DNA of 64,000 nt from the human T2T-CHM13v2.0 reference genome, Homo sapiens (GCF_009914755.1 NC_060934.1), one strand, 5' to 3'; shown: positions 21,721 to 37,773, numbered from the stretch's first letter. Notes: generated by a model from the letters alone, not told the origin. A program made the numbers and translations.

Positions 21721-23849
21721 CATCAGGCATCTCAAAAATACCCCATGATAACCTGCAAATTTCACTTCCTGGGGAAGTGTGAGGCTTTAGTCATTCACAG
21801 ATAGATCTCTTACATATTTTCTTTTTATTCTTTGATTGGCATCTATAATCGATATCTCATTATATCGTATTTCTGCCAATCCAGCAACAGTTTTTATTTC
21901 TTTCCAGCCTTGTCAGAGTTTCTTCCTTGCCTTGCACTTCCTCTCCGTGCTGAGGATACACCCAGACACATGCAAGCCTGAAAACCGAGCTCACTATTAA
22001 TAGAAGAAACAGGTGTTTTCCATGGCTGAGGAGTGCTTAGGAATGTACCATCTACTGATGTGATCGGGGAAAGCTTTGTGCCTGCAACATTTTGACTCTA
22101 GTAATATGTGTGTCTGTGCATGCACACACACACATGCACACTCAAATGTAGAAGATGAAGTATGAGTATTTATAATAGCTTATTAAAGAAAATGTTTAAA
22201 CACCCGCAACACCGCTATTAGGTCTTTAAATTTTTCATTTAATGGTAACCATGTTTTGTAAAATGACTATCTTCCTTCTAGGTCTAGAATTTAATATAAT
22301 TTAATCATGAAAACGTTGGTATTCATAAATGAATTTCAGTGCCTTTGTGGAAAAGAGTTAAATTATGTCCCCAAATTGGCAAATGTGTGTGTTTGGATTT
22401 ATTCTTAACTTTTCCAATTGCATCATTTAGATTAAATTAGTCACTATAACATTCTTTTCAATTTTACATTTTAAATTTCTTTTGTTAACCAGCTGAGAAG
22501 TCTGAGAACTTTGTATGTTCACAGGGTGAGTCCATTGTTCCTGGCTAGGAAGCAGGGGTTGATCTTTTCCTGCAGTTCATTTGGATTGAAGGTTCTTCTT
22601 TGCTGACTCTTGCTTCCATAGTGAAAACACAGATATCCACTCAGTGAGAGTCAGCTATCTTAAAAAAAAAAAAAAAATCATGTATACATCACATGTGGTT
22701 CAGGATGCTAGCTGGCATTACAGAAACTGGTGTTTAGACATTCAACACTGCTTTTTTTAACATATTTGAATGATAGTGTCTGTTTCAGTGCAGGCTTTTT
22801 TGACATGAAGGGTGATCTACCTCAAAGGCAGTTATTCTGGAATTGAATCCTCCAAAATGAGGCCAATTAAAGGGTGTCTTCTACATAGGAGTTAAGGGAA
22901 GTGGTTGCCATCCCTCCCACCCTGAAAAAAAGAAAAAGAGAAAATGTTGGCTCTATTTATTGTTTTGGTGGGGTTATGTATGAAAATGACTAAGTCAACT
23001 CATCTGTTTGTGTTGTTGCTTTGGCTACTGGTCTGTTCTTTCATTTTGGGCTTATAGTGCTTTAAAATTCAATATATTGGATATTAAATGCATGTGATTA
23101 GGAAACAGTCTTGAAATATGCCCAGAGTTACTCAGTAGCTTCTTTTTTATAATTTTAATTGTGGTGGTCTCACATTTGTGGGTTTAAATTGTCTGAGTTA
23201 TTGAGTGTTGTATTTTGTAGCCCCCTTCTTTAATTTTCAGAAGCACTGTCCATTTCATTTCGGTTTATAAAAATGCACATCTTTTGTTTATTGTTATGAT
23301 TTATCCATGTGTGTTTTCTAGCCAATAAACTGTGTCTTGCAGTCATGATTGATCTTGTTTTACTGAGATTTAGTTTTGAAGACTAAAAATCTCCAGTGTT
23401 GATATTTAAGGTTTTTGAGGATTAATTCTTATAATCATTTTTGATCGAATAAAATTAACTCATTATGTCGGAGTATGTGCCTTTTGGGAGACAAAAATAA
23501 TTAAGAGAATTGAAAGGATCTATAAATGTGTTTGTAGAAATTCCACTTGGGGATGTGGTCCTATTGTAGTTTACTGAAAACAGTTGTGGGCATTGTTACC
23601 AGTGGAATGTGTGCCCTAAGAAAACACCATTTGTGATGAATGCTGGGCGAACTGTGTTCTCAAATCATTCCTGTTGTCTAATGGTTATCTTACAAAAAGC
23701 ATGTGCCTGGTTATGTTTGTTATGTGGCTTTGTACAGTCCTTACCTAGGATCGATTGGCTGTTGAGTTCGGGGGGCAGAAGTGCACTGACCCACTGTGGA
23801 TTGTGTTGGAAGGCTGTTCCTGTAGTCATTTGCCTTGTGTTGCTTCCAG

Positions 23850-23994
23850 GGAAGCTGCCCGGGAGTGTCGCAGGAAGAAGAAAGAATATGTCAAATGTCT
23901 TGAAAATCGTGTGGCTGTGCTTGAAAACCAAAACAAGACTCTCATTGAGGAACTCAAGGCCCTCAAAGATCTTTATTGCCATAAAGTAGAGTAA
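23850..23994 (+). CDS. CREM: CREM exon Ia: DNA-binding domain I (basic region + leucine zipper), ends at TAA
   Basis: TTCCAG|G GAA GCT GCC CGG; translates EAARECRRKKKEYVKCLENRVAVLENQNKTLIEELKALKDLYCHKVE*. Confidence 0.98.
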
Positions 23995-24251
23995 CTGTCT
24001 TTGACTTGGACCTTGTTTACTCTAATCAAGGCAGGAGATGCAGCAGTCCTACTTATTGCCATGTGGACTTGTGGGAAGGACACGTGTGACCCTTAAGAAT
24101 CCAGTTTGGATTAGTGTTTGAAATTGAATTGGGAATGTTGTTCCAGGATGTGGAATGCAGCCGTGATCACACTTACCAAGCTTACTTTGATCTGTTTGTC
24201 AATAGCATGCAAAAAATGCTTTGTTTGCCCTTTGCTTCTGCTTTTTTTCAG

Positions 24252-24399
24252 GGAAGCTGCCAAAGAATGTCGACGTCGAAAGAAAGAATATGTAAAATGT
24301 CTGGAGAGCCGAGTTGCAGTGCTGGAAGTCCAGAACAAGAAGCTTATAGAGGAACTTGAAACCTTGAAAGACATTTGTTCTCCCAAAACAGATTACTAG
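24252..24399 (+). CDS. CREM: CREM exon Ib: alternative DNA-binding domain II, ends at TAG
   Basis: TTTTTTTCAG|G GAA GCT GCC AAA; translates EAAKECRRRKKEYVKCLESRVAVLEVQNKKLIEELETLKDICSPKTDY*. Confidence 0.98.
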
Positions 24400-24695
24400 A
24401 AATATTTAACTATGAACTGAAGGCAGCATGTATAGTTGCTTTTGAAGGAATACAATATATAGCTGGCAAGAATGGTGGCTTCTTTTCTTTGTATCATTCA
24501 TCTTCTTCTTTAATCACTTAACATTCCTAAAATGCTTCACTGTACGTAGTTAAGTCGTAGCTATAACTTCAAATTTTTTAAAAGAGACAAACTGTAAAAA
24601 ATGTGTGTATTCTTAAAATGCAATATTTGTAAGGCTTGTTCCAATGCCACATACTTGCAGCTCCCATTCTATGTGTCATCAATAGTGTCCTATGC

Positions 24696-24701
24696 AATAA
24701 A
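24696..24701 (+). terminator. CREM: Candidate proximal polyadenylation signal
   Basis: AATAAA in the 3'UTR. Confidence 0.6.
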
Positions 24702-24765
24702 ATTATTTGCAGGTCTTTAAATCATTTTAGGAAAGGATGATCAAAAATAATGCATCCAGCAGTAC

Positions 24766-24771
24766 AATAAA
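24766..24771 (+). terminator. CREM: Candidate second polyadenylation signal
   Basis: AATAAA directly followed by the variant AGTAAA. Confidence 0.55.
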
Positions 24772-25513
24772 AGTAAACCACAAAAAAATACCTCAGGAAA
24801 GAATAGAAAGAAAGTCTATCTAATGACATGCCTATATGAGAAGAATAGCCTAGATATGAATATATGGCATTTGCAGATTTTTATATTAGTTGCTTTGTTA
24901 AAAAAAAAAAGATTGTATTGCTGTCCTTGAATGCCATAGTCAAAGAGAGTTTTTAATAGAACCATGTTGGTTGCACTTTGTAGTGTTTGGTGCTCATTTA
25001 AATATCTGAACATTTACTACAGTTTTTAACTCTACTGTGTAATATAAAAGATCTTGCAGAAGTTCTTAGTGTTGGTTTAATATTACCTAATGAAAGTGAT
25101 GACATATTTTTTATATCTGGAATGAGCCTGTTGGGATCGCATTGCATACCTTCGGGGTACAAGTCAGTTTCTACACTGGGTGCTGATCCTTGCACGCGCC
25201 CTTTCTACCATCTCACGGTGGGGATGGCCGCAGGGCTGTGCACCCAGAAGAAGATGGCTGTTAGCGTTTCGGCCTTCATAATGGCCTGAGACTTTCTTTC
25301 TGTAGGTGGTCTGGAGCTGTCCGGCTGGTGGCCCCCTATTTTGCCATTTAGCGAACAACCACAGGAATTTTAAAAACAAAAACATCCCAAGATTTTTTCA
25401 TTTCAAAATGCTTCAAAGTCCACATTAGATCAGATACTCCGCTGTCGGCACATTCAGCTGAGGTTCATTACAATCGAGACTGCAATGTGATCTATGTTTC
25501 ATCTTGTTTTTAT

Positions 25514-25519
25514 AATAAA
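25514..25519 (+). terminator. CREM: Candidate distal polyadenylation signal
   Basis: AATAAA with a U-rich upstream element and GT/T-rich sequence downstream (~25560-25640). Confidence 0.7.
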
Positions 25520-25858
25520 AAGCTTCAGGGAACAAGCCCAAAGCCCTCACCACAGGATGCTGTGTCCCCTCATTCCCTGACGTTTCTTGATTGTCTGCCG
25601 CGTGGTGGACTCTGCTGTGTTTCCTGCTGTGACTTCTGCTTTAAGGATGTCCCTGCCCCACCCCCCAGTTTCAAGAGTGGATCTGATCAGTGTGTGGTGG
25701 GAGACAGAAAATTGGGAGCTGGTTTGCGGAGCATCCAGCTGCTGCTTTCCCTGTACCACTGGAATTCTTTCCCTTATCTGTCACTCCCAGTAAGTAGGGC
25801 ATGTCATTGTTGGCTTTCTTTAAAAATATTTATTCTTCCTTCAGAGTCGGAGCTCTGA

Positions 25859-25996
<138 letters not shown>

Positions 25997-27490
25997 TGAG
26001 ATTACAGGCGTACACCACTACACCCAGCTGATTTTTCTATTTTTAGTAGAGATGAGGTTTCACCATGTTGGCCAGGCTAGGCTCGAACTCCTGGCCTCAA
26101 GTAATCCACCTGCCTTGGCCTCCCAAAGTGCTGGGATTACAGGTGCGAGCCACCGCACCCGGCCTAAATTTCTTTTATCTCAATTTTTGTCTTCTCTTCT
26201 ACAGAGAAGATGAGGAAAGAAGTCAAGGAAGAAAAAGGAAAGGAAAACTCCAGGTTTCAGGTGCAGGACAGTAGGACCTTGCATTCACTCATCTGCCCAG
26301 TCAGTTGCTGTGCGCCAGTGGTGTGGCTGGGGTGGGTGGACACACAGAGGGGACACGAGGATCAGCAGGCAAGATGTACAAAGTTGGAGACGATGCACGC
26401 TACATGTTAGAATTCTAGAAAGATGCAGCTGGGGGTTAAACAGGAGACTTTATGTGGGAAGTGGATTTTGAACTGGGCCTTGAAGTGATTGACAGTGCTG
26501 GGGCGTGGGGTGGGTACTTCGGGAATACAGAGCACACACACTGCTCCAAGGAGCTTGGGTCTGGAGGACAGAGGGAGGCCAAGTGAGTTCTCACCCAAGA
26601 GCTAGTTTCATTTAAAAATCAGGGGAAGACAGAAGCAATGTGTGCGCATGCCTGTGTGTACTCTAGTCTGCAAAATAGGTTATATTATTTTAGAGGAAAG
26701 GGACTATCCAATTACTTGGGACCACCAGCAACAGAAGCCCCCCTTCCCAAACCCAGTGGTTTAAACAATAAGGAAATACACTACCTTGCAAAACAAGAAG
26801 TCTAGTGGTAAGAAATCCCAGGCTTGCTAATTTAGTGACAACGATGGCATCACGACCAGATCCTTCCTCCTCATTCTTTTCCCTCTACCTGCTGGTTCCC
26901 CGACCTTAATATTGCTGCCACAGTCCCAGGCATCAGAAATGGAAAAGACAGCACCCTTTTTGGGGGGATACTGCTTTTTTCTTTGTTTTTTGTTGTTTTT
27001 TTGAGACGGAGTCTCACTCTGTTGCCCAGGCTGGGGTGCAGTGGTGTGATCTCGGCTCACTGCAAGCTCCACCTCCCAGCCCAAAGACTGGGCTGAAAGG
27101 CACTGGGTTGCTCATGAGGATTCAGCCCCTAGGGTTGAGGATCTTCCAGGCTTTGGGGAAGCATATGGCCATCAATGTCGAATAAAACTGGGCTTCTGGA
27201 AGAGTGGCTTGTAGACACTGGGGACGTCTGGCACTGGGACTGAGCACTTACCCTGTACAAGAAGTGAGGAACAGCTTGTGACAGGCTGGGGCTTGAGCCA
27301 TGCTCCCAGACCTGCATGGGAACTCTTATTCTTGCTCATGAAATGTATCCCTGAAGCCAAGCTTCTGCTACCAAAATAGCACGATTTGACAGCAGTGCTT
27401 TCAGCCTTACAGCAGATACTGCCTACGACCTCTCCCTCAACAGAACCTGCAGTAGGGGAAGCTTTGCAGGGGGGAACGTTGCACATCTCG

Positions 27491-27685
27491 CACACCCTTG
27501 CGCGTGGGATCCACAGCGCTCCCACACCCGTGCGCGTGGGATCCGGAGCTCCCCGCACACCCGTGCGCGTGGGATCCACAGCTCTCCCCACACCCGGGCG
27601 TGTGGGATCCACAGCGCTCCTCACACCCGTGCGTGTGGGATCTGGAGCTCCCCGCGCACCTGTGCGTGTGGGATCGAGTTCTCAC
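27491..27685. repeat. CpG-rich minisatellite, ~6 x 33 bp
   Basis: Units start at 27491, 27523, 27556, 27589, 27622 and 27655; core CACACCCGTGCGYGTGGGATC. Confidence 0.95.
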
Positions 27686-28157
27686 TGCGTGTGTCTTTCT
27701 TTGAACCCTAAAAGTTTCATCTGGACTGCTGGGTATAGAAATTCCTGCTCCAAGGTTAGGGGACTGCATACCTTCTCTGTCCTGTGTAACTAGGTACTTC
27801 ATAACACTAAGTCATGTGAGATGGGAACATTAAGAAAATGAACTCCTGCTAGTATTTAAACGTGTGACCATGAGGCATGCCTGAAACTGAGAACATGGAC
27901 ATCAGCAACATACTGTGCATGAACGGCAGCTGTTTGAGTGCCAGATGCCTCATTCCTTGTTCAACCACACTTCTCAGTTTTCTTCATATGAAGAAACTTA
28001 CGTCCAAAACATGCTATTTCCCATGTGCCTAACAGTACACCTTTAAAAAATATCATGACTTGTGAAACCAACTTGATTGTTCTAGTCTACACCAAAAATA
28101 ATTAGGCCGCTTTGACGTGTGAGGCAGGCAGAGCTGTTGCCAGTTGGCTGGCTGTAA

Positions 28158-28493
<336 letters not shown>

Positions 28494-29059
28494 TAAAGAC
28501 ACAGACTTGATTCTGAACTACTCAAGCATGGTATATTTTAATCTTTATGCTTTGTGGGAAGGTTTTTTCTATATAAATCCATTTTCTTGGCTGGGCATGG
28601 TGGCTCACACCTGTAATCCCAGCACCTTAGGAGGCTGGGGCAGGAGGATTGCCTGAAGCTAAGAATTAAAGACCAGCCTGGACAACATGGTGGGACTCTG
28701 TCTCCACAAAAAAAAAAAAAAAAAAATTAAGCAAATTAGCCAAGCATGGTGGTGCACACCTGTAGTCCCAGCTACGATACATACATGATTCATTGATCAT
28801 GTTGTCTGTATCCTTAAGTTGTCCCATCTTCAGGGCCATGTGATGCGGAGTTTCCAGAAAGCAACATGGGAGTCAGCATGTTCATTCACTCCTTCAAGTC
28901 AATAAGTGAGGCTGCATTTGTAAGAAGTCCAGGAGGAGACAGGGCAGCTTTGGGACCTAGGGCTGTGGCAACCCTGACGTTACCATCCTGGGCTTGCTTT
29001 CTTCCAGGTGTGTATGTAGCTCCACAGATGCTACAGCCACGTAGTCATGGCAGTCAAGA

Positions 29060-29280
29060 ATAACAGCTACCGTGTACAGAGTGCTCACCCTGCGCCAAGG
29101 GGCTTCCACATTTAATTCTCCTAGCAGCCCAACAAGTGTTGATGCTGTTACCATTATCCTCATTTTGCAGATGAGGAAGCAAGCTTGGAGAGAAGTTCAG
29201 TAGCTTGCCAAAGGTCACATGGCTCAGGACCAAGTGCAGAACCAGGACAGCAAGCCTCTGTCCTGGCGGTTCTCACCCAG
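29060..29280 (-). mobile_element. MIR SINE (antisense)
   Basis: ttatcctcattttgcagatgaggaa...gcttgccaaaggtcacatggct. Confidence 0.8.
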
Positions 29281-29566
29281 TCTGGACCCAAAGGCAGGAA
29301 AGTGTTAAGAAACACTTGCTGGCAATGACTCAAGCAGGTGGTGGCTGCAGAGAGAGAGAGCTCTGTGGCTCTGAGTGGCTATGTGTGGGAACACCCAGAC
29401 CTTCCTGTTCAAATGCACAAAAGCACATTTTCGCTCCTCTCTGGTTTTTCAAATCCCTGATGCTGATCAGGAAAAAATGACTCTACAGTTTAAGGACTAA
29501 GGACTAGCTAGCTATTGGAACATCAAAGTCACAGTTATGCTCATTGAAATAGAATCTTACAGCTAA

Positions 29567-29812
<246 letters not shown>

Positions 29813-30422
29813 TGATCTTGAATTCCTAGGCTCAAGTAATCCACCTGCCTTGGCCTCCCAAAGTGCTGGGGTTACAGGCATGAGCCACTGAGACTGACCA
29901 ACAGGTGTAATTTACTCCTTTCATTTTATAGACAAGAAAACCAAATTTCAGATTGATTTACTTAAATATTGCCAGCTATTGACAATAGACTAGAAATACT
30001 CAGATCTCTGAACTAGTGTGATAATCTTTATATTACTGTGATGCCTCTATTTTTCTATAAACTGGATTTTCAACCAGCTTTTGTGCAGCATAGCTTTCTG
30101 AGGAAGGATTTGTCCCTGTGGTTTGAATGGACGGAAGCTGGAAGGAAAACCCCGTCACTTACTATGCAAAAGTCCAGCTGGTCTCTGTGACAGCTGGAGG
30201 ACACAGGAACTCTGCCAGATCTATCTCAGCCACCTCACTTTATGAAGGATGCTTGACCTGTGGTTCAGTCATTTTCTAGGACAAAAGGCTGTTAACAAGA
30301 TGTACAAGAGCTCTTGCTTTCAACGTTTGTGGAGCTCTCAGAAGCGCTGACTTACAGCAGACCAGCGTGAGGCTTAACTTAGGAATGAACCCTACCTTTT
30401 AAAACACAGTTTACTATTGATA

Positions 30423-30464
<42 letters not shown>

Positions 30465-30465
30465 A

Positions 30466-30734
<269 letters not shown>

Positions 30735-31679
30735 TAAGCCCAGCCACTACTGATAGACTTTTGAGGAGGTGAGAAGCCCAAATAAGGAGGCTTTGGATGA
30801 AAGTGGGCTGCCCGGGAGAGGATAGCATGAGTGTGCCTGTTTGTGTCTTCTGTTTTGTGTTCCATACCTCTGGAATTTTCATTCAGTAGGTCTGGGAATT
30901 TGTATTTTTAACCAGTTCCTTGCATGTTTGTTTGTTTGTTTTTGAGACAGGGTCTTGCTCTGTTGCCCCTGCTGGAGTGCAGTGGCACAATCACAGATCA
31001 CCTCAGCCTCCACCTCCTGAGCTGAAGCGATCCTCCTGCCTCAGCCCCCGGAATAGCTGGGACCACAGGCATGTGCCACCACCACGCCAGGCTCAAGTTC
31101 CTGGCATGTTTCTGAAGCACTCTAGTGTTGGAGAACACTGAACTCTATGATCTGGGGTTGGGCCTAGCCTAATTTTCCTTTAAGTCATGGATGCTCTTAC
31201 CCAGCATTTATCCAGCACACAGACTGTTTAATGTCACAGCCACAGCGCCACCTAGTGTATGTGTGACTTCCAAACGGCGTATTTTCTTAGAAACATTAGT
31301 CTGTGAACATTTCAAAACTCAACGGGTGGTATTTCTTTTCTGCCATGGACTCTCCAAGTGTATGCCAAGCCCTATGGGGGCAAGGGATTAAGGGCAGTTT
31401 TCTCTGATCTAGTTTGGTGAATTATATTCACAGTAACTCTGGGGAGTCTTGGGTTAACTGTGGGGGAGGGGCAATAATTTGACAAGGTTTGGGAATCCTT
31501 AAACTATAGAGTTTTCTCTAAGAGTACACAGTTAATTGCAAATAGATTGAATTATTTGACATAAGAACTTTAGACATTACTTCCAGGCCACATAGTTTTA
31601 GCAAGTAAGTGACTTTAAAATGAATCCATCTTTTCTCAGCAAAATTACCGGTTTTGCTTTAACTGCATATGAGGGGTTA

Positions 31680-31925
<246 letters not shown>

Positions 31926-33996
31926 TCACGCCACTGCACTCCAGCCTGGGTGACAGAGTGAGGCTCTGTCTCAAAAAAAAAAAAAAAAACCTAGTGGAAA
32001 AGAGTTTCAAAGCGTTTTGCGTGTCACTCAGACATGGCTGTGGGTGGCATTTTAGTTCTTATCGTAACCTGTGATCACAGTGTTGGCCTCATGGGAATTG
32101 GATGAGCATAATCATATCACTAGAAGTTCTTGGAAAATAAGTATCATTAACTGTGGGAGAGCAGTGATATTTTCACACTCTAAAAAGTATACATATCCTG
32201 TTGCTTAGTAATGCCGAGATCAGCATCTGTTTTGTTATTGTAGCTTGAAATATCATGAAAATGTAATTGGAGATGAAGGTGCTGATGGCATTTAGCAATT
32301 ACTTAGAGGTTAGATTAGTGACATGGTAATGATAATTAGATTATATGCCTTTGAACAATTTCTATTCAGAGACTTTTGATATATGATATTATGAATAAGA
32401 TAATGTTAGAAATTCCAAATTTTAGAACATTAATCCATCTCAATATTAATTTAAAAATAAATACACATACATACATACATACTTCTTTGGTCAGCCAGAA
32501 TTTTTTTTTATTAGCCTTTTCCTCACATAACCAGCCAGTGTTAAAATAGATTTGATGTCATGAAGGTTGCAGCTTTTAGGCAGTATAATTTTTTTTCCTG
32601 GCATGCATAATTCTGTATTATGTACATGGTTTCATTCATCCTTTTATCCAGATGTCTGAATTGATGTAACCCAGCTGGATTTTATTGGAGTTTAGACCTA
32701 GAAGGGTAGAAGACAAATCTACCTTATCAAGGGTATAACATGCCTAACCTATTAGTCTTTCTATTCAAGTAACCTGACTTAATATCATTAAATGCTGGGT
32801 TGCTGTTGCTCCAGGAATACAGGATTGTGGCAGTTTGGTGGGGCAGGGAGGGGAGGTTGGAGTACCAGCAGAGGGTTTCATAGAGGGAACACCCCATGTA
32901 ACAATAGAGAAAGAAGACTGAGTTGCTGGAGGGGCTTAGCAGAAAATCTATGGGAACTCTTCCACAGCTGGTATGGACTTCACGCACCAAAGCACATTGA
33001 GATTAGCTGTGGTTTCTTAGGGATTTTCACTACAATCAATTACTTGAATACTTCTAGAGCATTTAGTATCCCAGACACCCCTGTTTCATGATTTTCATTT
33101 TAAAATGAGTCAGGCAGTGATTACCTATGTTCTTAAAAATCCATCCTGGATAAAAAGAACTACAGAAACAAAAGAACAAAGTCCAAAGCTACAGGCGCTG
33201 TGAAGAGCAGAATGAACAGTGGGTGTGTGCTTGGCTCGAGGAACCATGGCTGACAGCCACCAGACCTGGGTTCTGGTCCTAGCTTTTCTGTTAAAACTCC
33301 CTGTGTCGCTTTGGCAAGGTCATTTGACCTCTGTTTGATTGGGAACCTCTGTTTTCTCCACATTGACCTTGACATTTGTGACACTGTGATGAAATTCACA
33401 GTGAAATGTAAATTTCAAAGAAGAGTTCATCAGATCTTATTTGTTACCTCATCCCTGTGAACACAGCTTCTAGATTCTTAGTATCAGGTCATGAACCTAT
33501 AAAATTATCTTTCAGAATGTCTTCAACATCAATATTTTTAATAATCCATTCTGAGGATTGCCCAGCATTTAAGAGAAAAAAGCCTTAGGCTGAAACTGGC
33601 CTGTGATGAAGGCAGGGACATCTACTTTGATTCTGGTAACTGGATTAAGATTTTCACACATGAAGACTTTACTTGGGCAAATTTTGTTTTACTTATGTTA
33701 TTTATAAATGCACCAAAACTGTGACTGAATGAAAATTTTCCACCGCAGGAGTTTCCTCTGCCCTTCTCAACCTAACAGGGCCGCACCAAGTTAACAGAAA
33801 TTATCACTGGCTTAGAAAAGGTTGTGGTTTTCAGTGTACATTAGGAGGGTTACTGTCCTGTAACCCAGTTTATTATTTTAATATTCTTGAAAGAACTGAA
33901 GTAATGAAGGGAGAGGCTATATTTTCTTTAGAAGATTTTTCCATGTTATTTGAAAGGTTTTATTCACACATATTTTTCTTAGCAGAAAAACAATTA

Positions 33997-34134
33997 AATT
34001 GAAAAAATTTTAAAAGTACTTTTAAAACGTACTTTTAAATGTACTTTTAAAATGTACTTTTAAATGTACTTTTAAAATGTACAAAAATATTTTAAAATGT
34101 ACATTTTAAAGTACATTTTAAAATTTTTTCAATT
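33997..34134. repeat. AT-rich quasi-palindrome built from 12-13-bp GTACTTTTAAA(A)T units
   Basis: Perfect 19-bp inverted arms at 33997-34015 and 34116-34134 enclose the tandem units. Confidence 0.9.
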
Positions 34135-34335
34135 ACCCTTTAATAAAGCTGGAGGAAAATAAATAATATAAAATTATACATTTTGTAGATGTGAAATATG
34201 TCATAAAAATCAAAGTTTATAAAAAATGTTTACCAAAATATATAACCAGGCTGGGCACGGTGGCTCATGCCTGTAATCTGAGCAATTTGGGAGGCTGGGG
34301 CGGGTAGATCAATTGAGGTCAGAAGTTCGAGACTA

Positions 34336-34578
<243 letters not shown>

Positions 34579-35276
34579 TTAATAGTTTTGATAGGAATGC
34601 ATTTCCAGTTTGCTTATTAAAATTTATTATGGTGTGAGTTTTAAAATTGTATATACAATGGATAAACTGATTTTAAATATATATTTTTTATTTCAATAGC
34701 TTTTGGAGTATAAGTGGTTTTTGGTTTCATGAATGAATTGTATAGTGGTGAAGTCTGGAAATGCTAGTGCACTCATCACCCCAGGAATATAAATTGTACC
34801 CAAGGATAAAATGATTTGATAGGCTCAATCATGATCGATTTGAATAAGCTGATACTTGAAAATATTTCCTTATTCCTGACGTTTGATAACTTCAAGTCCC
34901 TGAGACCCAGAACAAAGGCCTTCTTGTCGTGAAAAGGCAGCTACATCTAGTGGTTGGTGGCATTTTCATTGGAAAATTTGGTTTATGAAAAAAATCCTTC
35001 ATAGCTGTCTTTGCTGACATTCTGTGGTTGTACAGAGCATTATAACTAATGTGGTGTGTATGTGTAACTTAACTGAGGTATAACTTTTACACCATAAAAT
35101 TCACCCATTTTACCTGTACAACTCAATGATTTTTAACAAATTTACCAAGTTGTATAATCATCACCACAATACAGATTTAGAACATTTCCATCACCCCAGT
35201 AAGATTGTTCACTCCCATTTATAGTTAACCAATACTTTGGTTTTATTTATTATTATTATTATTGTTTTTCTTTTAA

Positions 35277-35600
<324 letters not shown>

Positions 35601-35703
35601 TAAGCCAGGGCCGGATTCCTGATTTACAGAAACTGTGAGATAATAAATGCTGTGTTAAGCCTCTAAGTTTGGGGATTGTTATGCAGCAATATGGAACTAA
35701 TAC

Positions 35704-37215
<1,512 letters not shown>

Positions 37216-37773
37216 ATCAGTGACAAAACTTAGACAAGTTGGGCCATTTTTCTAGAAAATCATAAATTTCCAAGCCAACTCAAGGGAAAAGAGAAACCGT
37301 GAACAGTATAACCATTCACAAAAATTAATTATACAAAATAACACCAGGGTCATTCAGCTTTACAAGCAAGTGTTATCAGATTTCAAGGTATGGATTCCTA
37401 TCTTAGAAAAAAAAAAAACAGTTACAGAAAATAGTAAAAGAAACCTAACTAATTTTATGAGATTTGTATAACATTTGTAGTAAAATTAGGAAAGTCCATT
37501 ATAAAAGAAAATGTATATGCTAATCTAATTGATAAACTAATATACAAAAGATCTAAATAAAATGTTACTAAATTAAATCCAGCTATATATTAAAAATATT
37601 ACAGTATGATCAACTAGGGGTATCCTAGGAATACACATCAACAGATTAACATACAAAAAGAGAAAGAAAACATATTTCACTTGATGCAGAAAATCATTAG
37701 CTATGGTTCAACACCCTTTCTTGTTGTCAAAACGTTTACAAGATAAACTTCTTGGCAAACCAAGAATAGATGG

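Larger units (their letters stand above)
24400..25545 (+). other. CREM: CREM 3'UTR (AU-rich; 3' end approximate)
   Basis: Repeat-free sequence from the Ib stop to just past the distal AATAAA. Confidence 0.8.

Noticed and set aside
23755-23849. Open frame extending upstream of exon Ia
   Set aside because: Starts at TTG with no ATG; the canonical acceptor at 23849/23850 explains the coding part.
27491-27685. CRISPR-like look of a conserved core with variable tails
   Set aside because: Tails are ~11 nt and recur as only two types, there are no cas genes, and the DNA is primate; this is a minisatellite.
27172-27802. Overlapping 121-150 aa ORFs with an 11-aa repeat
   Set aside because: By-product of the GC-rich 33-bp minisatellite, which lacks stop codons.
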